Shown here one piece after another: positions 43,452-52,108 of a DNA stretch of 64,000 nt. Location: positions 215,605 to 279,604 of the forward strand of contig NZ_RAWO01000002.1 of the NCBI RefSeq assembly GCF_003668955.1. Reading direction: 5' to 3'. This DNA comes from Corallococcus sp. AB038B (GTDB taxonomy: Bacteria > Myxococcota > Myxococcia > Myxococcales > Myxococcaceae). The notes beneath the pieces were generated by a model. That model saw nothing but the letters and a program-made list of their open reading frames with translations, was not told where the DNA came from and made no database searches. A program made the translations under genes and the position numbers. Position 1 is the first letter of the stretch; each line of letters opens with the position of its first letter.

Positions 43452-44428
43452 CGGGGCGCCGCCACCTTGCGGGCGATCTCCTCCACCAGGTGCGCTGCCT
43501 CGTCCCGCGCGGACACGCCCTGCACGGCGCTCCTCAAGAGCACGCGGTGCGCCCAGCAGGGCACCAGCATGGCGCGCACGTCGCCGGGGGTGACGAAGTC
43601 GCGCCCCTCCCACAAAGCCTGTGCCCGGGCCGCGGACCCCAGCGCCAGCACCGCGCGGGTGGACGCGCCGCGCTCCAGGTCGCCGTGCTCGCGCGTGGCC
43701 CGCGCCAGCCGCACCACGTAATCCGCCACCGTCGCGTCCAGCTTCACGTCCTGGGTGAACTCACGCAGCGACGCCAGCTCCTCCGGCCCCGTCACCGCCT
43801 CCACCGACGGCAGCGGGGACGCCGCGCCGCGCGTGGTGAGCAGGCGCGCCTCCACATCCGGCGCCGGGTGGCCCAGCGACAGGCGCACGAGGAAGCGATC
43901 CAGCTGCGAGTCCGGCAGCGGATAGGTGCCGGAGAAGTCCACCGGGTTCTGGGTGGCCACCACCGTGAAGGGCGAGGGCAGCGCGTGGGTCTGGCCGTCC
44001 AGCGACACCTGGCCCTGGGCCATGCCCTCCAGGAGCGCGGATTGGGTGCGCGGGGGCGCGCGGTTGAGCTCGTCCGCCAGCACCAGCTGACGGAACAGCG
44101 GCCCGGGCCGGAAGGAGAAGGTGGCCGTCTGCGCGTGGAACACCTGCGCGCCCAGGATGTCCGTCGGCAGCAGGTCCGCGGTGAACTGGATGCGGGCGAA
44201 GGACAGGGCGCACGCTCGGGCCAGGGCCTCCGCCAGCGTCGTCTTGCCCACGCCGGGCATGTCCTCCAGCAGCAGGTGCCCGCCGGCCACCACGCAGGTG
44301 ACGACGCGCCGCACCTCCTCCGGTTTTCCCTGCACGGCGCGGCCAAGCTGGGCGGCGAGCCGCTCCATCACCGCGCGCGCGGAAGCAGGGGAGGGAACTG
44401 GACCGAGGACGCGAGCGGGCTGGGTCAT
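43448..44428 (-). CDS. MoxR-family AAA+ ATPase
   Basis: Walker A 'GVGKTTLAEALA', 'LADELNRAPPRTQSALLEGM', 'VVATQNPVDFSGTYPLPDSQLDRF'. Confidence 0.9.
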   Translation of the reverse strand: MTQPARVLGPVPSPASARAVMERLAAQLGRAVQGKPEEVRRVVTCVVAGGHLLLEDMPGVGKTTLAEALARACALSFARIQFTADLLPTDILGAQVFHAQTATFSFRPGPLFRQLVLADELNRAPPRTQSALLEGMAQGQVSLDGQTHALPSPFTVVATQNPVDFSGTYPLPDSQLDRFLVRLSLGHPAPDVEARLLTTRGAASPLPSVEAVTGPEELASLREFTQDVKLDATVADYVVRLARATREHGDLERGASTRAVLALGSAARAQALWEGRDFVTPGDVRAMLVPCWAHRVLLRSAVQGVSARDEAAHLVEEIARKVAAPR

Positions 44429-44564
44429 CTAGGCGCGGACTCTAGCCCAGGCAAACGCCCGCCGGCACCCCTCCAGGCCGCCCGTGTTCCACGCCGGATG
44501 CCCGCTTGCCTTGGAGGCGCGGGCACTTGCCGGGGATGCACACGGCCCGGAGGGCCCTTCCTCC

Positions 44565-44891
44565 TCAGACGGAGAGGATGTCCTCGGGCGTGTAGTACGC
44601 CCGGTGCGTCGTCGGCGAGGCCAGCACGCCGAAGTAGCGGAACATCCGCTCGTGGTGCGTCGCCAGCCCGCGCAGCTGCACGGCGCCGTCCTTCAGGCCG
44701 TGGGTCAGGACGCCCACCGCGCTGTCCTTGAACTCACGCAGGTGCGCGAAGTCCAGGACCACCTCGCTCTGGCCCAGCGCCTGGAGCGAGTTGCGCAGCT
44801 CCTGGGCCGTGCGGCCGTCCAGCGTTCCTTCCAGGCGCAGCGTGATCCGACCCGCCGCCTCCTCCTCCCGATGAATCTGAAGCCCCGTCAT
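44565..44891 (-). CDS. STAS-domain protein (anti-sigma-factor antagonist-like)
   Basis: 108 aa from ATG 44891 ('MTGLQIHREEEAAGRITLRLEGTLDGRTAQELRNSLQALGQSEVVLDF...'), a SpoIIAA-like fold pattern. The track ORF extends to 45146. Confidence 0.65.
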   Translation of the reverse strand: MTGLQIHREEEAAGRITLRLEGTLDGRTAQELRNSLQALGQSEVVLDFAHLREFKDSAVGVLTHGLKDGAVQLRGLATHHERMFRYFGVLASPTTHRAYYTPEDILSV

Positions 44892-45111
44892 GATCCGCGC
44901 TCCCGCTAAGGTGTGCACGTGTGTGCCACCCGCGATGTGATGGCGGCTGCCGCACGTTTCCGGACCACAGGGGTGGTCCGGGTTCCCACCGCAGGGTGGG
45001 GGTGCACAGCCGGAGCCGAACAGTGCATCTTCACCGGCGATCAGGTCAGTGCCGGGCATGCAACTTCGGCTGGAGTGTTGGCGACCGGGCGGAGCGCATG
45101 TCACGCAGCGG

Positions 45112-45849
45112 TCAACCCTTGCGGTCGGCTGTCGGCTGCTCGGCACGCAGGCTGATGGCGCGCTCCTGCTGGGCCTTCAGCTTGCGGAACTCCTTCACGA
45201 CCTTGGCGGGGTAGCCGGCCATGAACTTCACCCGGTTTTCCTTCTTGGCCAGGATGCGCTTGGCCAGCCCGGGACCCGCGTTGTAGGCGACGAGCGCGCC
45301 CTCCACGGAGCCGAAGCGGCTGATGAGGTCCGCCAGGTACGCGGTGCCCAGGTTCACGTTCGTCTCGAAGTCGAACAGGTTGGTGTGGCGGCCCAGCCGC
45401 CAGCCGGACTTCTCCGCCAGGTACTTGCCCGTGTCCGGCATCACCTGCATGAGGCCCATGGCGCCCACGCCGGACACCGCGTAGTTGTTGAAGGACGACT
45501 CGCAGCGGATCAGCGCCACCACCAGCAGCGGATCCAGGTTGTTGCGCTCCGCCTCGCGGACGATGGAGACCGCCAGCCGGCGCTGCTGCCGCTCCGGGAG
45601 CCCGGAGGCGCGCACGGCCTCGGCCACGCCCATCTGCTCCGCGCGGAGGTAGTCCGCCTCGTCCTCATAGTGCTGCAGCCGAGCCAGGGCGGCCTTGAGC
45701 TGTGCGTCCTTCTCCGCCAGCTGCGCCCTCAGGGCCGCGACGTCCGGCGCTTCCCCCTGCGCACCCACCGGAACCTGCACCGGGAACGCCACCGCGTTCG
45801 TCCCCATCAGCACCACCGCCGCCGCCATCGCCACCGTCCAACCCCTCAT
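45112..45849 (-). CDS. Lytic transglycosylase (SLT domain) with signal peptide
   Basis: 'LIRCESSFNNYAVSGVGAMGLMQVMP' SLT catalytic region (ES...GLMQ...AYNAG). ATG 45849 'MRGWTVAMAAAVVLMGTNAVA'. Confidence 0.8.
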   Translation of the reverse strand: MRGWTVAMAAAVVLMGTNAVAFPVQVPVGAQGEAPDVAALRAQLAEKDAQLKAALARLQHYEDEADYLRAEQMGVAEAVRASGLPERQQRRLAVSIVREAERNNLDPLLVVALIRCESSFNNYAVSGVGAMGLMQVMPDTGKYLAEKSGWRLGRHTNLFDFETNVNLGTAYLADLISRFGSVEGALVAYNAGPGLAKRILAKKENRVKFMAGYPAKVVKEFRKLKAQQERAISLRAEQPTADRKG

Positions 45850-46082
45850 CACGCCCTCCCCTGGCGCCCAACCACTCGCGCCCGCTGACTCGCCCACACC
45901 CAGCGGCTAAGCAGGCAACGTGCCAGCGTACGTAGCGTGCGCCAGCTGCCTCACGGATCCTTAAGAGAGGGGCTGAAACAGGGCTGGCATGGCCCACGGC
46001 ATCCGGAAAAAATGCCCGGCCTGGGAAGTTTGTTTCCCAACCTGACCCTGCAGAAAGCTCCACCTGTTGCCGCGGTGCCTCC

Positions 46083-46098
46083 GCGTTCCTAGCTTGCG
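46083..46098 (+). promoter_or_regulatory. Conserved 16-nt motif GCGTTCCTAGCTTGCG, copy 1 (upstream of small membrane protein gene)
   Basis: Exact 16-mer shared with 47573-47588. Embedded in a TTGCCG-N17-TAGCTT arrangement. Confidence 0.35.
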
Positions 46099-46153
46099 CC
46101 CGGTCTGATTATCCGAGGCCCTGTGTGGCGGGAGGCGTGGCGTGTACTGGACC

Positions 46154-46300
46154 ATGGGCATCATCTTGATGGTGTTGTGGGTGATGGGGCTGATCACCGG
46201 TTCAACGGAGGGGCAGTGGGTGCACCTGCTCCTGGTGTTCTCGCTCATCGCGTTCGTGCTGGCCGTCGCGTCGCTGGGGCGCCGGCGGGGGCTGGCATGA
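46154..46300 (+). CDS. lmo0937-family small membrane protein (48 aa), not in ORF track
   Basis: 'MGIILMVLWVMGLITGSTEGQWVHLLLVFSLIAFVLAVASLGRRRGLA' has two TM segments and a basic tail. Its stop overlaps the next gene's ATG (ATGA at 46297). Confidence 0.5.
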   Translation: MGIILMVLWVMGLITGSTEGQWVHLLLVFSLIAFVLAVASLGRRRGLA

Positions 46301-46866
46301 ACCTGCCGGAGCTGGACATGGCGTGGCTGGAGCTGCCGCGGGACAAGGCGGGCTTCGTGCGGCGCGAATGTCCCCGCTGCCAGCGCTCCTTCAAGACGCG
46401 GCCCAGCCGCCACGACGCGGGGATGCTGCAGCGGCTGCTCGCGGGCTACTTCCCCTTCGAAAACCTCCACGAGGCGTACACGCCCGAGGAGCTGCCCGCG
46501 TGGCACTGCCTGTACTGCGGCCACCGCGCGCTGCCGGACGCGTGGCTCACGCCGGATCAGTCCGCGCACGTGGAGCAGATGGCGCGCGCGTGGGCGAACC
46601 ACGTGCGGTACGAGCAGCTGGCGTACGTGCAGCGCACGCTGTCCCAGAACCCGCGGCCCACCTTCATCTCCGTGGCGCCGGAGCCGCTGCCCCGGCCGCT
46701 GCCTCCGGACGAGGAGATGCTGCGCACGCTCCCCATGGTCTGTTGCGGGGACGAGGTGCAGGCCCAGTGGGAATGGGATCTGCCGATGGTCTGTCCGCGC
46801 TGCGGCGCGCACCACGGCGGGCTTTCGGGCCGCCACCAGGTGCAGCTGGAGTTCGTGCACGAGTAG
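46297..46866 (+). CDS. Cys4 zinc-ribbon hypothetical protein
   Basis: ATG 46297 ('MNLPELDMAWLELPRDKAGFVRRECPRCQRSF...WHCLYCGH...MVCPRCGAHHGG') carries CxxC...CxxC...CxxC. The track ORF 46123-46866 is an upstream extension. Confidence 0.6.
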   Translation: MNLPELDMAWLELPRDKAGFVRRECPRCQRSFKTRPSRHDAGMLQRLLAGYFPFENLHEAYTPEELPAWHCLYCGHRALPDAWLTPDQSAHVEQMARAWANHVRYEQLAYVQRTLSQNPRPTFISVAPEPLPRPLPPDEEMLRTLPMVCCGDEVQAQWEWDLPMVCPRCGAHHGGLSGRHQVQLEFVHE

Positions 46867-46906
46867 TGGACGGGCAGGGCGCGCGGAGGGCAGGCTCCTT
46901 CGCGCG

Positions 46907-47560
46907 ATGAAGCCGTTCCCCCCGGTCCGGGTGGTGTTGCTGGCCTTGCTCCTGTTGGGACCGGCCGCCGCCCATGCCCACGAAATAGAGGTCGCGCCCG
47001 CAGCGGTGGACGGCTTCGCCGGCTGGGTGGGCGAGGGCATCCGCCACATCCTGGCCGGGGCGGATCATCTCCTGTTCCTCCTGGCGGTGCTGCTGGTGGG
47101 CGGCTCGTTCCGGCGGATCCTCTTGTTGGTGACGTCCTTCACGCTGGCGCACTCGCTGACGCTGGGGCTCACGGCCCTGGGCGTGGTGACGCTGGGCGCG
47201 CGGGGCACGCGGTGGGCCGAGGCCGCGATCGCCGCTTCCATCCTCTACATGGCGCTGGAGAACCTGCTTCTGCGCCAGCACGGGCACCGCGCGGGGCTGA
47301 CCTTCCTGTTCGGCCTGGTGCATGGGCTGGGCTTCGCGAGCGTGCTCGGCGGCTACGGGGTGGGGACGGACGTGGTGCCGGCGCTCCTGGGCTTCAACCT
47401 GGGGGTGGAGATGGGGCAGGCGGTGGTGGTGGCCTTCCTGGTTCCCGTGCTGCGAATCGTTCAGCGCAGGCCCCGTTTGCACTCGAGGGTTGTGCGCCTG
47501 TCGTCCATTGGCCTCGCGGGAGTGGGGCTTTATTGGATGGTTGCTCGCGCGGTCGGTTGA
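46907..47560 (+). CDS. HupE/UreJ-family (Ni/Co) transporter
   Basis: Signal peptide then 'AHAHEIE', 'LAGADHLLFLLAVLLVG', 'FTLAHSLTLGL', 'GLVHGLGFASVLG', the characteristic HupE/UreJ His-rich TM motifs. Confidence 0.8.
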   Translation: MKPFPPVRVVLLALLLLGPAAAHAHEIEVAPAAVDGFAGWVGEGIRHILAGADHLLFLLAVLLVGGSFRRILLLVTSFTLAHSLTLGLTALGVVTLGARGTRWAEAAIAASILYMALENLLLRQHGHRAGLTFLFGLVHGLGFASVLGGYGVGTDVVPALLGFNLGVEMGQAVVVAFLVPVLRIVQRRPRLHSRVVRLSSIGLAGVGLYWMVARAVG

Positions 47561-47572
47561 ATTGCACCAACA

Positions 47573-47588
47573 GCGTTCCTAGCTTGCG
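47573..47588 (+). promoter_or_regulatory. Conserved 16-nt motif GCGTTCCTAGCTTGCG, copy 2 (upstream of 47616 gene)
   Basis: Exact repeat of copy 1. Embedded in TTGAAT-N17-TAGCTT, 27 nt before the ATG. Confidence 0.35.
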
Positions 47589-47615
47589 TCTCACGAGGGT
47601 GGGGGAGGGACGCTG

Positions 47616-48089
47616 ATGGGAGCGAGGCATACCCGGCTGGCAGCCGCACTGGCCGCCGCGTGGGAAGCAGAAGTGGTGTCGGCCCGTCGTATGACGGGGC
47701 TGGCGGAGCGCATGAACGACGCGCGGGTCCGGGCGCGCCTGATGGTGCTGGCCGCCTTCTGCCGCGCCCATGCATCACGGCTCCTGGCCCGCCTGGCGGC
47801 GCTGGGACGAGGGCCGTTGCCGGTGCCTCCAGAGGAAATCGATCTGGATCCGGACACGGTGCTGGAACTGCGACGGGAGGGGGCCTTCGCTCGAGCATCG
47901 GCCGCGCGCTACGAGACAACCGCGGAGATGGCGCGCCAGCACGCGGACCTGTCATCCGCCTGGGTGTGCGAGCTGAACCGGACCGAGGAGCAGGATCGGG
48001 CCCGGGAGCTGCTCGCCCTGGCGGAAGGGGCCCTGGCGGCGGTGCGACGGGGCGAGTCCCAGGCCGTCGCGGCTCCCGCGGATTCCTGA
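47616..48089 (+). CDS. Hypothetical helical protein (157 aa)
   Basis: ATG at 47616 preceded by a GGGGGAGGGA ribosome-binding site. GC3 bias, predicted helical bundle. Confidence 0.55.
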   Translation: MGARHTRLAAALAAAWEAEVVSARRMTGLAERMNDARVRARLMVLAAFCRAHASRLLARLAALGRGPLPVPPEEIDLDPDTVLELRREGAFARASAARYETTAEMARQHADLSSAWVCELNRTEEQDRARELLALAEGALAAVRRGESQAVAAPADS

Positions 48090-48156
48090 GGGGGCGGAAA
48101 GAGGGCCGGGCGCGGGGAATGCGCTCGGTCGGTGACAGTCCTGGCGTCTTGGGCGT

Positions 48157-48939
48157 ATGAATCCGCCCATGGCGAAGGAGAGCTACAACGATCTCATCTT
48201 CCAGCTCGGCGACCTGGCCCGGGACGTCCTCCCGGGCAAGCCGAACTGCCCCCGCTCCATGGAACGCGTCTACCGCGCCGAAGAGGTGCTGGAGGCGCGC
48301 CGGGACGAGCTGGCGGCGCTGGAAGCGGAGATGAACGACGAGGACGTGGCCTATCAGGACTTCCAGGCGCAGCACGAGGATGACTGCGGCGCCCAGAAGG
48401 AGATCACCGGCCGGTTCCAGAAGGCCGTGACGGCGGTGGAAGGCAAGGTGAAGGGGCTGCGCAAGACGCTGGCCACCCGCCGCGCCGACCTGCGCTACGC
48501 CATCGTGGGCCTGAAGAAGCTGGAGGCGAAGCTCGCGGACCTGGAGATGACCACCCAGGATCCGGTGAAGCTGGACGCCGCCAAGCAGAACCTCAAGAAG
48601 AACCGCATCGCCCAGATGCGCCTGGCGCGCGAGGTCGAGGACTGGGAGTCCCAGCTGGCGGCCTCCCTCACGCCCACCCCCGGCCAGCCCGGCGCGGCCG
48701 GCATCCTGGCGCACAAGCGCCTGATCGAGCTGGAGGACGCCGCGGAAGAGCAGAAGACGCAGCACGACGCCCGGATGGCGGAGCTCGACCAGTCCATCGC
48801 CACCAAGGAGGAGGAGATCAAGGGCGCGGAAGATTATCTGGATCAGGCCCTGTTCCTCCTCGGCGAAGAGGTGTATGCCCAGCGCATCGCGGACGGGCAG
48901 CTCAACCCCTTCTACAAGCGGTTGGACGTCGCGCAGTGA
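48157..48939 (+). CDS. Coiled-coil hypothetical protein (260 aa)
   Basis: Heptad-rich Glu/Lys/Leu sequence ('EAEMNDEDVAYQDFQAQHED...KKLEAKLADLEM'). GC3 bias. Confidence 0.6.
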   Translation: MNPPMAKESYNDLIFQLGDLARDVLPGKPNCPRSMERVYRAEEVLEARRDELAALEAEMNDEDVAYQDFQAQHEDDCGAQKEITGRFQKAVTAVEGKVKGLRKTLATRRADLRYAIVGLKKLEAKLADLEMTTQDPVKLDAAKQNLKKNRIAQMRLAREVEDWESQLAASLTPTPGQPGAAGILAHKRLIELEDAAEEQKTQHDARMAELDQSIATKEEEIKGAEDYLDQALFLLGEEVYAQRIADGQLNPFYKRLDVAQ

Positions 48940-48961
48940 GGGGTACGCCCACCCTTGGTGC

Positions 48962-48990
48962 TTGACGTTGAGGACGTGTTTGCTATCTTG
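48962..48990 (+). promoter_or_regulatory. Candidate promoter of rplC paralog (TTGACG - 16/17 nt - TATCTT)
   Basis: -35-like hexamer 48962-48967 and -10-like 48984-48989, ~95 nt upstream of the GTG start. Confidence 0.3.
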
Positions 48991-49082
48991 CGCCGCTTCC
49001 TGGCGGCCGCAGGTACGCGTGTAGGCCAGTTCATTGAATTCATTGGGCTTTCAGCGCCACGGGCGCTCGCTGTGAGGACGAC

Positions 49083-49751
49083 GTGAAGGGTCTGATTGGC
49101 AAGAAGATCGGCATGACCCAGGTGTTCAACGACGAGGGCAACCTCGTTCCGGTGACGGTCATCGACGTCAACACCTGTCTGGTGGTCGGCAAGCGCACCC
49201 CGGAGAAGGATGAGTACTCCGCGGTGACCGTGGGCTTCGGCGAAATCCGCGAGAAGCTCTTGAACAAGCCGGAGCTCGGCTTCTTCAAGAAGGCCAGCGC
49301 CACGCCGCGCCGTCATCTGCGCGAGTTCCGCGTCACGGCCGAAGAGGCCGCGGGTTTCAACGTGGGCGACGCCGTCAAGGCGGACATGTTCACCAAGGGC
49401 GAGCTGGTGGACGTCACCGGCGTGACCAAGGGTCGCGGCTTCTCCGGCGTCATGCGCCGCTGGAGCTTCAAGGGTTCGCAGACCAAGACCCACGGTACGC
49501 ACGAGTATCAGCGTCACCCGGGCGCCATCGGTCAGCGTAAGACGCCGGGCCGTACGTACCCGAACAAGAAGATGCCGGGTCACTACGGCGTCGATCGCGT
49601 CACCACGCAGAACCTGACCGTGGTGGACGTGGACGTGGAGAAGGGCCTCGTGCTCGTGAAGGGCGCGGTCGCCGGCCACAACGACGGCATCGTCATCGTG
49701 CGTCCCTCCATCAAGGTGGCCATGCGCGCGCAGCACAAGGCCGCGCGCTGA
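49083..49751 (+). CDS. rplC: 50S ribosomal protein L3 (stand-alone copy, outside an S10 operon)
   Basis: 'MKGLIGKKIGMTQVFNDEGNLVPVTVIDV...GVTKGRGFSGVMRRWSFKGSQTKTHGTHEYQRHPGAIGQRKTPGRTYPNKKMPGHYG...LVLVKGAVAG' is full-length L3. GTG start. No flanking ribosomal genes. Confidence 0.9.
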   Translation: MKGLIGKKIGMTQVFNDEGNLVPVTVIDVNTCLVVGKRTPEKDEYSAVTVGFGEIREKLLNKPELGFFKKASATPRRHLREFRVTAEEAAGFNVGDAVKADMFTKGELVDVTGVTKGRGFSGVMRRWSFKGSQTKTHGTHEYQRHPGAIGQRKTPGRTYPNKKMPGHYGVDRVTTQNLTVVDVDVEKGLVLVKGAVAGHNDGIVIVRPSIKVAMRAQHKAAR

Positions 49752-49768
49752 TTCGCAGCCACTGACGC

Positions 49769-49792
49769 CGGGGCGCTTCACCGCGCCCCGTT
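49769..49792 (+). terminator. GC hairpin CGGGGCGC-ttcacc-GCGCCCCG followed by TT, 18 nt after rplC stop
   Basis: Perfect 8-bp stem with a 6-nt loop. Weak U-tract. Confidence 0.45.
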
Positions 49793-50081
49793 CGACGCCC
49801 CGCTTCCGGCACCTTCGGGTTGCCGGGCGGGGCGTTCGTCGTTTCCGGGGGCGGTGTCCGCGCGTGCTCGCGGGGGCTGAGGCCTCGCATCCGTGCGGAA
49901 ACGTTGAGTGCTGGTCGCCCTGGGGGCAAAGGGCGAAAACTTTACCGACTGCCGCTGGGATCCGCTTGCGGTGAATGGGCGCCGTGCTCACATCGCTGTC
50001 CCACGCCGGAGCCTCGCCGTCCAAGCAGACGGGTTGCCATCCGGATCACCCAACGGCCCACCCCCGGGCCGGGCAGGAGAT

Positions 50082-50900
50082 ATGAACGCACGCACGCTTC
50101 GCGTCTTCGCCGCGCTGAGCCTCTCGTTGACGGCTCTCGGCGCCGCCGCACAGGAAGACGGCGTCCTGGACTCGGCGGTCGTCCGCAATCGGCTCTACAA
50201 GCCCGCGGGCCATCCGGAGGTGTCCCTGTCCGTGGGCCTGCCAGTGCAGACGCACCTGACGGCGCACTACTTCTTCGACGTCGGGCTGGCCTACAACCTG
50301 TTCGACACGTTCGCGCTGGAAGCGCGCGCGGGCTACGCCGCCAGCCGCCACACGGGCCTGGCGCGCTCCATCTCCGAGTCCTTCCTGGACCGCGAGGACA
50401 AGCGCGTCACGGACGAGCTGGAGGACATGTGGCGGATGGGCCTGCACGGCGTCATCGGCGCGCGGTGGGCTCCCATCTACGGGAAGATCAGCCTCGTCGC
50501 GGACATCCCGGTGCACTTCCAGACGTACCTCTGGGCGGGCGGCGGCCTCACCAACCTGAAGCGCCAGTCCGTCATCCAGTGCTCCCAGGTGGTGGATCGG
50601 GCCGCGGGCGTCTGTGACAACCGCACGGCCGTGGATGACCGGGGCAGCGCCACGGAGAACTACTGGGTGAAGGAGTCGCGGGTGGCGCCGGTGGTGTCCG
50701 CCGCGCTGGGCTTCCGCTTCTTCATCAAGGAGCAGCACGGCATCCGGCTGGAGCTGCGCGACTGGATCTTCAAGGACAGCTACCGCGTGAACCTGCTGCG
50801 CGACGACTGGGAGGCCGGCAATCCCACCGGCGAGCCCGCCGGCAGCCCGGGCCTCACGCACCTGGTGCAGTTCGACCTCGGCTACACCTTCTCCTTCTGA
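50082..50900 (+). CDS. nfsA: Outer-membrane beta-barrel protein, NfsA/GltA-family
   Basis: Signal peptide 'MNARTLRVFAALSLSLTALGAAAQ', alternating amphipathic strands, C-terminal '...LGYTFSF'. First gene of an 8-gene A-H syntenic block; the symbol is inferred from contiguity, since the Glt paralogs are split over two loci. Confidence 0.6.
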   Translation: MNARTLRVFAALSLSLTALGAAAQEDGVLDSAVVRNRLYKPAGHPEVSLSVGLPVQTHLTAHYFFDVGLAYNLFDTFALEARAGYAASRHTGLARSISESFLDREDKRVTDELEDMWRMGLHGVIGARWAPIYGKISLVADIPVHFQTYLWAGGGLTNLKRQSVIQCSQVVDRAAGVCDNRTAVDDRGSATENYWVKESRVAPVVSAALGFRFFIKEQHGIRLELRDWIFKDSYRVNLLRDDWEAGNPTGEPAGSPGLTHLVQFDLGYTFSF

Positions 50901-50909
50901 CCCATTCCT

Positions 50910-52106
50910 ATGCGACCCTTCCGTTCCATCGCGCTCCTCGTCGCCGCGGTGCCTGCCCTCGCGTTCGCGCAAGGCGCCTCCCCGGCGCAGCCGCCGGCCG
51001 CTCCGGGTCCGGATGCGACCGCGCCGGCTTCTCCTTCACCGGCTGAACCGCCGGAGCGCCAGCGCACCGAGCGCGACGCGCCGGCAGTGCCCCAGTCCAT
51101 TCCCGAGGCCGCGCCGGCCACGCCGTCCGCGCCCGCCGTCACCGGTGAGGACGACGCGGACAGCGCGCCGGCTGCCCAGGCTCCGGCCGCCACTGCGCCC
51201 ACGGACGCGCCGGTGCTGGACACCGGCGAAGCGCCGCGCACCACGGACGCGCAGCAGCAGCGGCTGGTGAATGGCGCGCCGCTCTACAACCCGAACGTCA
51301 ACGTCCACATCGTCCAGAAGAAGCGCTTCGCGGACGAGGGCAAGCACGAGCTGGTGCTGTACCCCGGCGTCGTGCAGGTGAACGGCAAGTTCACCAACCA
51401 CGTGGGCACCGGGCTGAACTACGTCTACCACCTGCAGGAGAACTTCGCCCTCCAGGTGGGCGGCCAGTACAACTGGTACTCCGACGAGAGCGACTTCAAC
51501 CTGGAGCTCATCGACAAGGTGCGCGAGCAGGCCCAGGCCGCGTCGTCGCTCCTGCTCCAGTGGGGGGCGTACGCGGGCGTCGAAGTCACGCCGCTCTACG
51601 GCAAGTTCGCCTTCTTCAATAACTCGCTGGCGCAGTTCAGCGTGGTGCTCAGCGGCGGCGCGGGCATCGGCAAGACGCGCCACCTCATCCGCCCGGAAGT
51701 GGCGAACGAGGTGGAGGGGCAGACGTTCCAGGTGCCCGCGCGCTTCGGCGACACGGGCAACAAGTTCCTGGGTGAGGTGGGTGGCGGCTTCCGCGTGCAG
51801 TTCGGTGAGCACTACGCCCTGCGCCTGGAGGTGCGCGACCTCATCTACACCGCGCGAGTGGACAAGGTGGATGGCTGCAACCTGGCGGACTTCGAGGCGC
51901 TGGAGGCCGCGCGTGCCGCCAACCAGCCCTTCGACGGTCTCAGCCTGAGTGGCAGCTGCAAGGTGGCTAAGTTCGACGGCGTGGACCCGAAGACGAAGAA
52001 GAACTACCGCGAGGACATCATCCTCGGGAGGGACCTCGTCGCCGAGCCTTCGTCGGACGTCCTCAACAACGTCAGCTTCTACGCTGGCTTCTCGGTGCTC
52101 TTCTAA
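50910..52106 (+). CDS. nfsB: Outer-membrane beta-barrel protein with Pro/Ala-rich N-terminal region, NfsB/GltB-family
   Basis: Signal peptide, ~110-aa PA-rich linker, barrel ending '...YAGFSVLF'. Paralogous to the preceding gene, 9 bp downstream of it. Confidence 0.6.
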   Translation: MRPFRSIALLVAAVPALAFAQGASPAQPPAAPGPDATAPASPSPAEPPERQRTERDAPAVPQSIPEAAPATPSAPAVTGEDDADSAPAAQAPAATAPTDAPVLDTGEAPRTTDAQQQRLVNGAPLYNPNVNVHIVQKKRFADEGKHELVLYPGVVQVNGKFTNHVGTGLNYVYHLQENFALQVGGQYNWYSDESDFNLELIDKVREQAQAASSLLLQWGAYAGVEVTPLYGKFAFFNNSLAQFSVVLSGGAGIGKTRHLIRPEVANEVEGQTFQVPARFGDTGNKFLGEVGGGFRVQFGEHYALRLEVRDLIYTARVDKVDGCNLADFEALEAARAANQPFDGLSLSGSCKVAKFDGVDPKTKKNYREDIILGRDLVAEPSSDVLNNVSFYAGFSVLF

Positions 52107-52108
52107 CC

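Noticed and set aside
46123-46866. Long form of the zinc-ribbon ORF starting at 46123
   Set aside because: The N-terminal 58 codons overlap the out-of-frame lmo0937-like small gene and lack an RBS. ATG 46297 with ATGA coupling is the more plausible start.
50910-52106. Pro/Ala-rich stretches (nfsB N-terminus, J-domain protein linker, NfsE tail) as DNA tandem repeats
   Set aside because: They are protein-level low complexity encoded by non-periodic GC-rich codons. No exact nucleotide tandem repeat unit was found.
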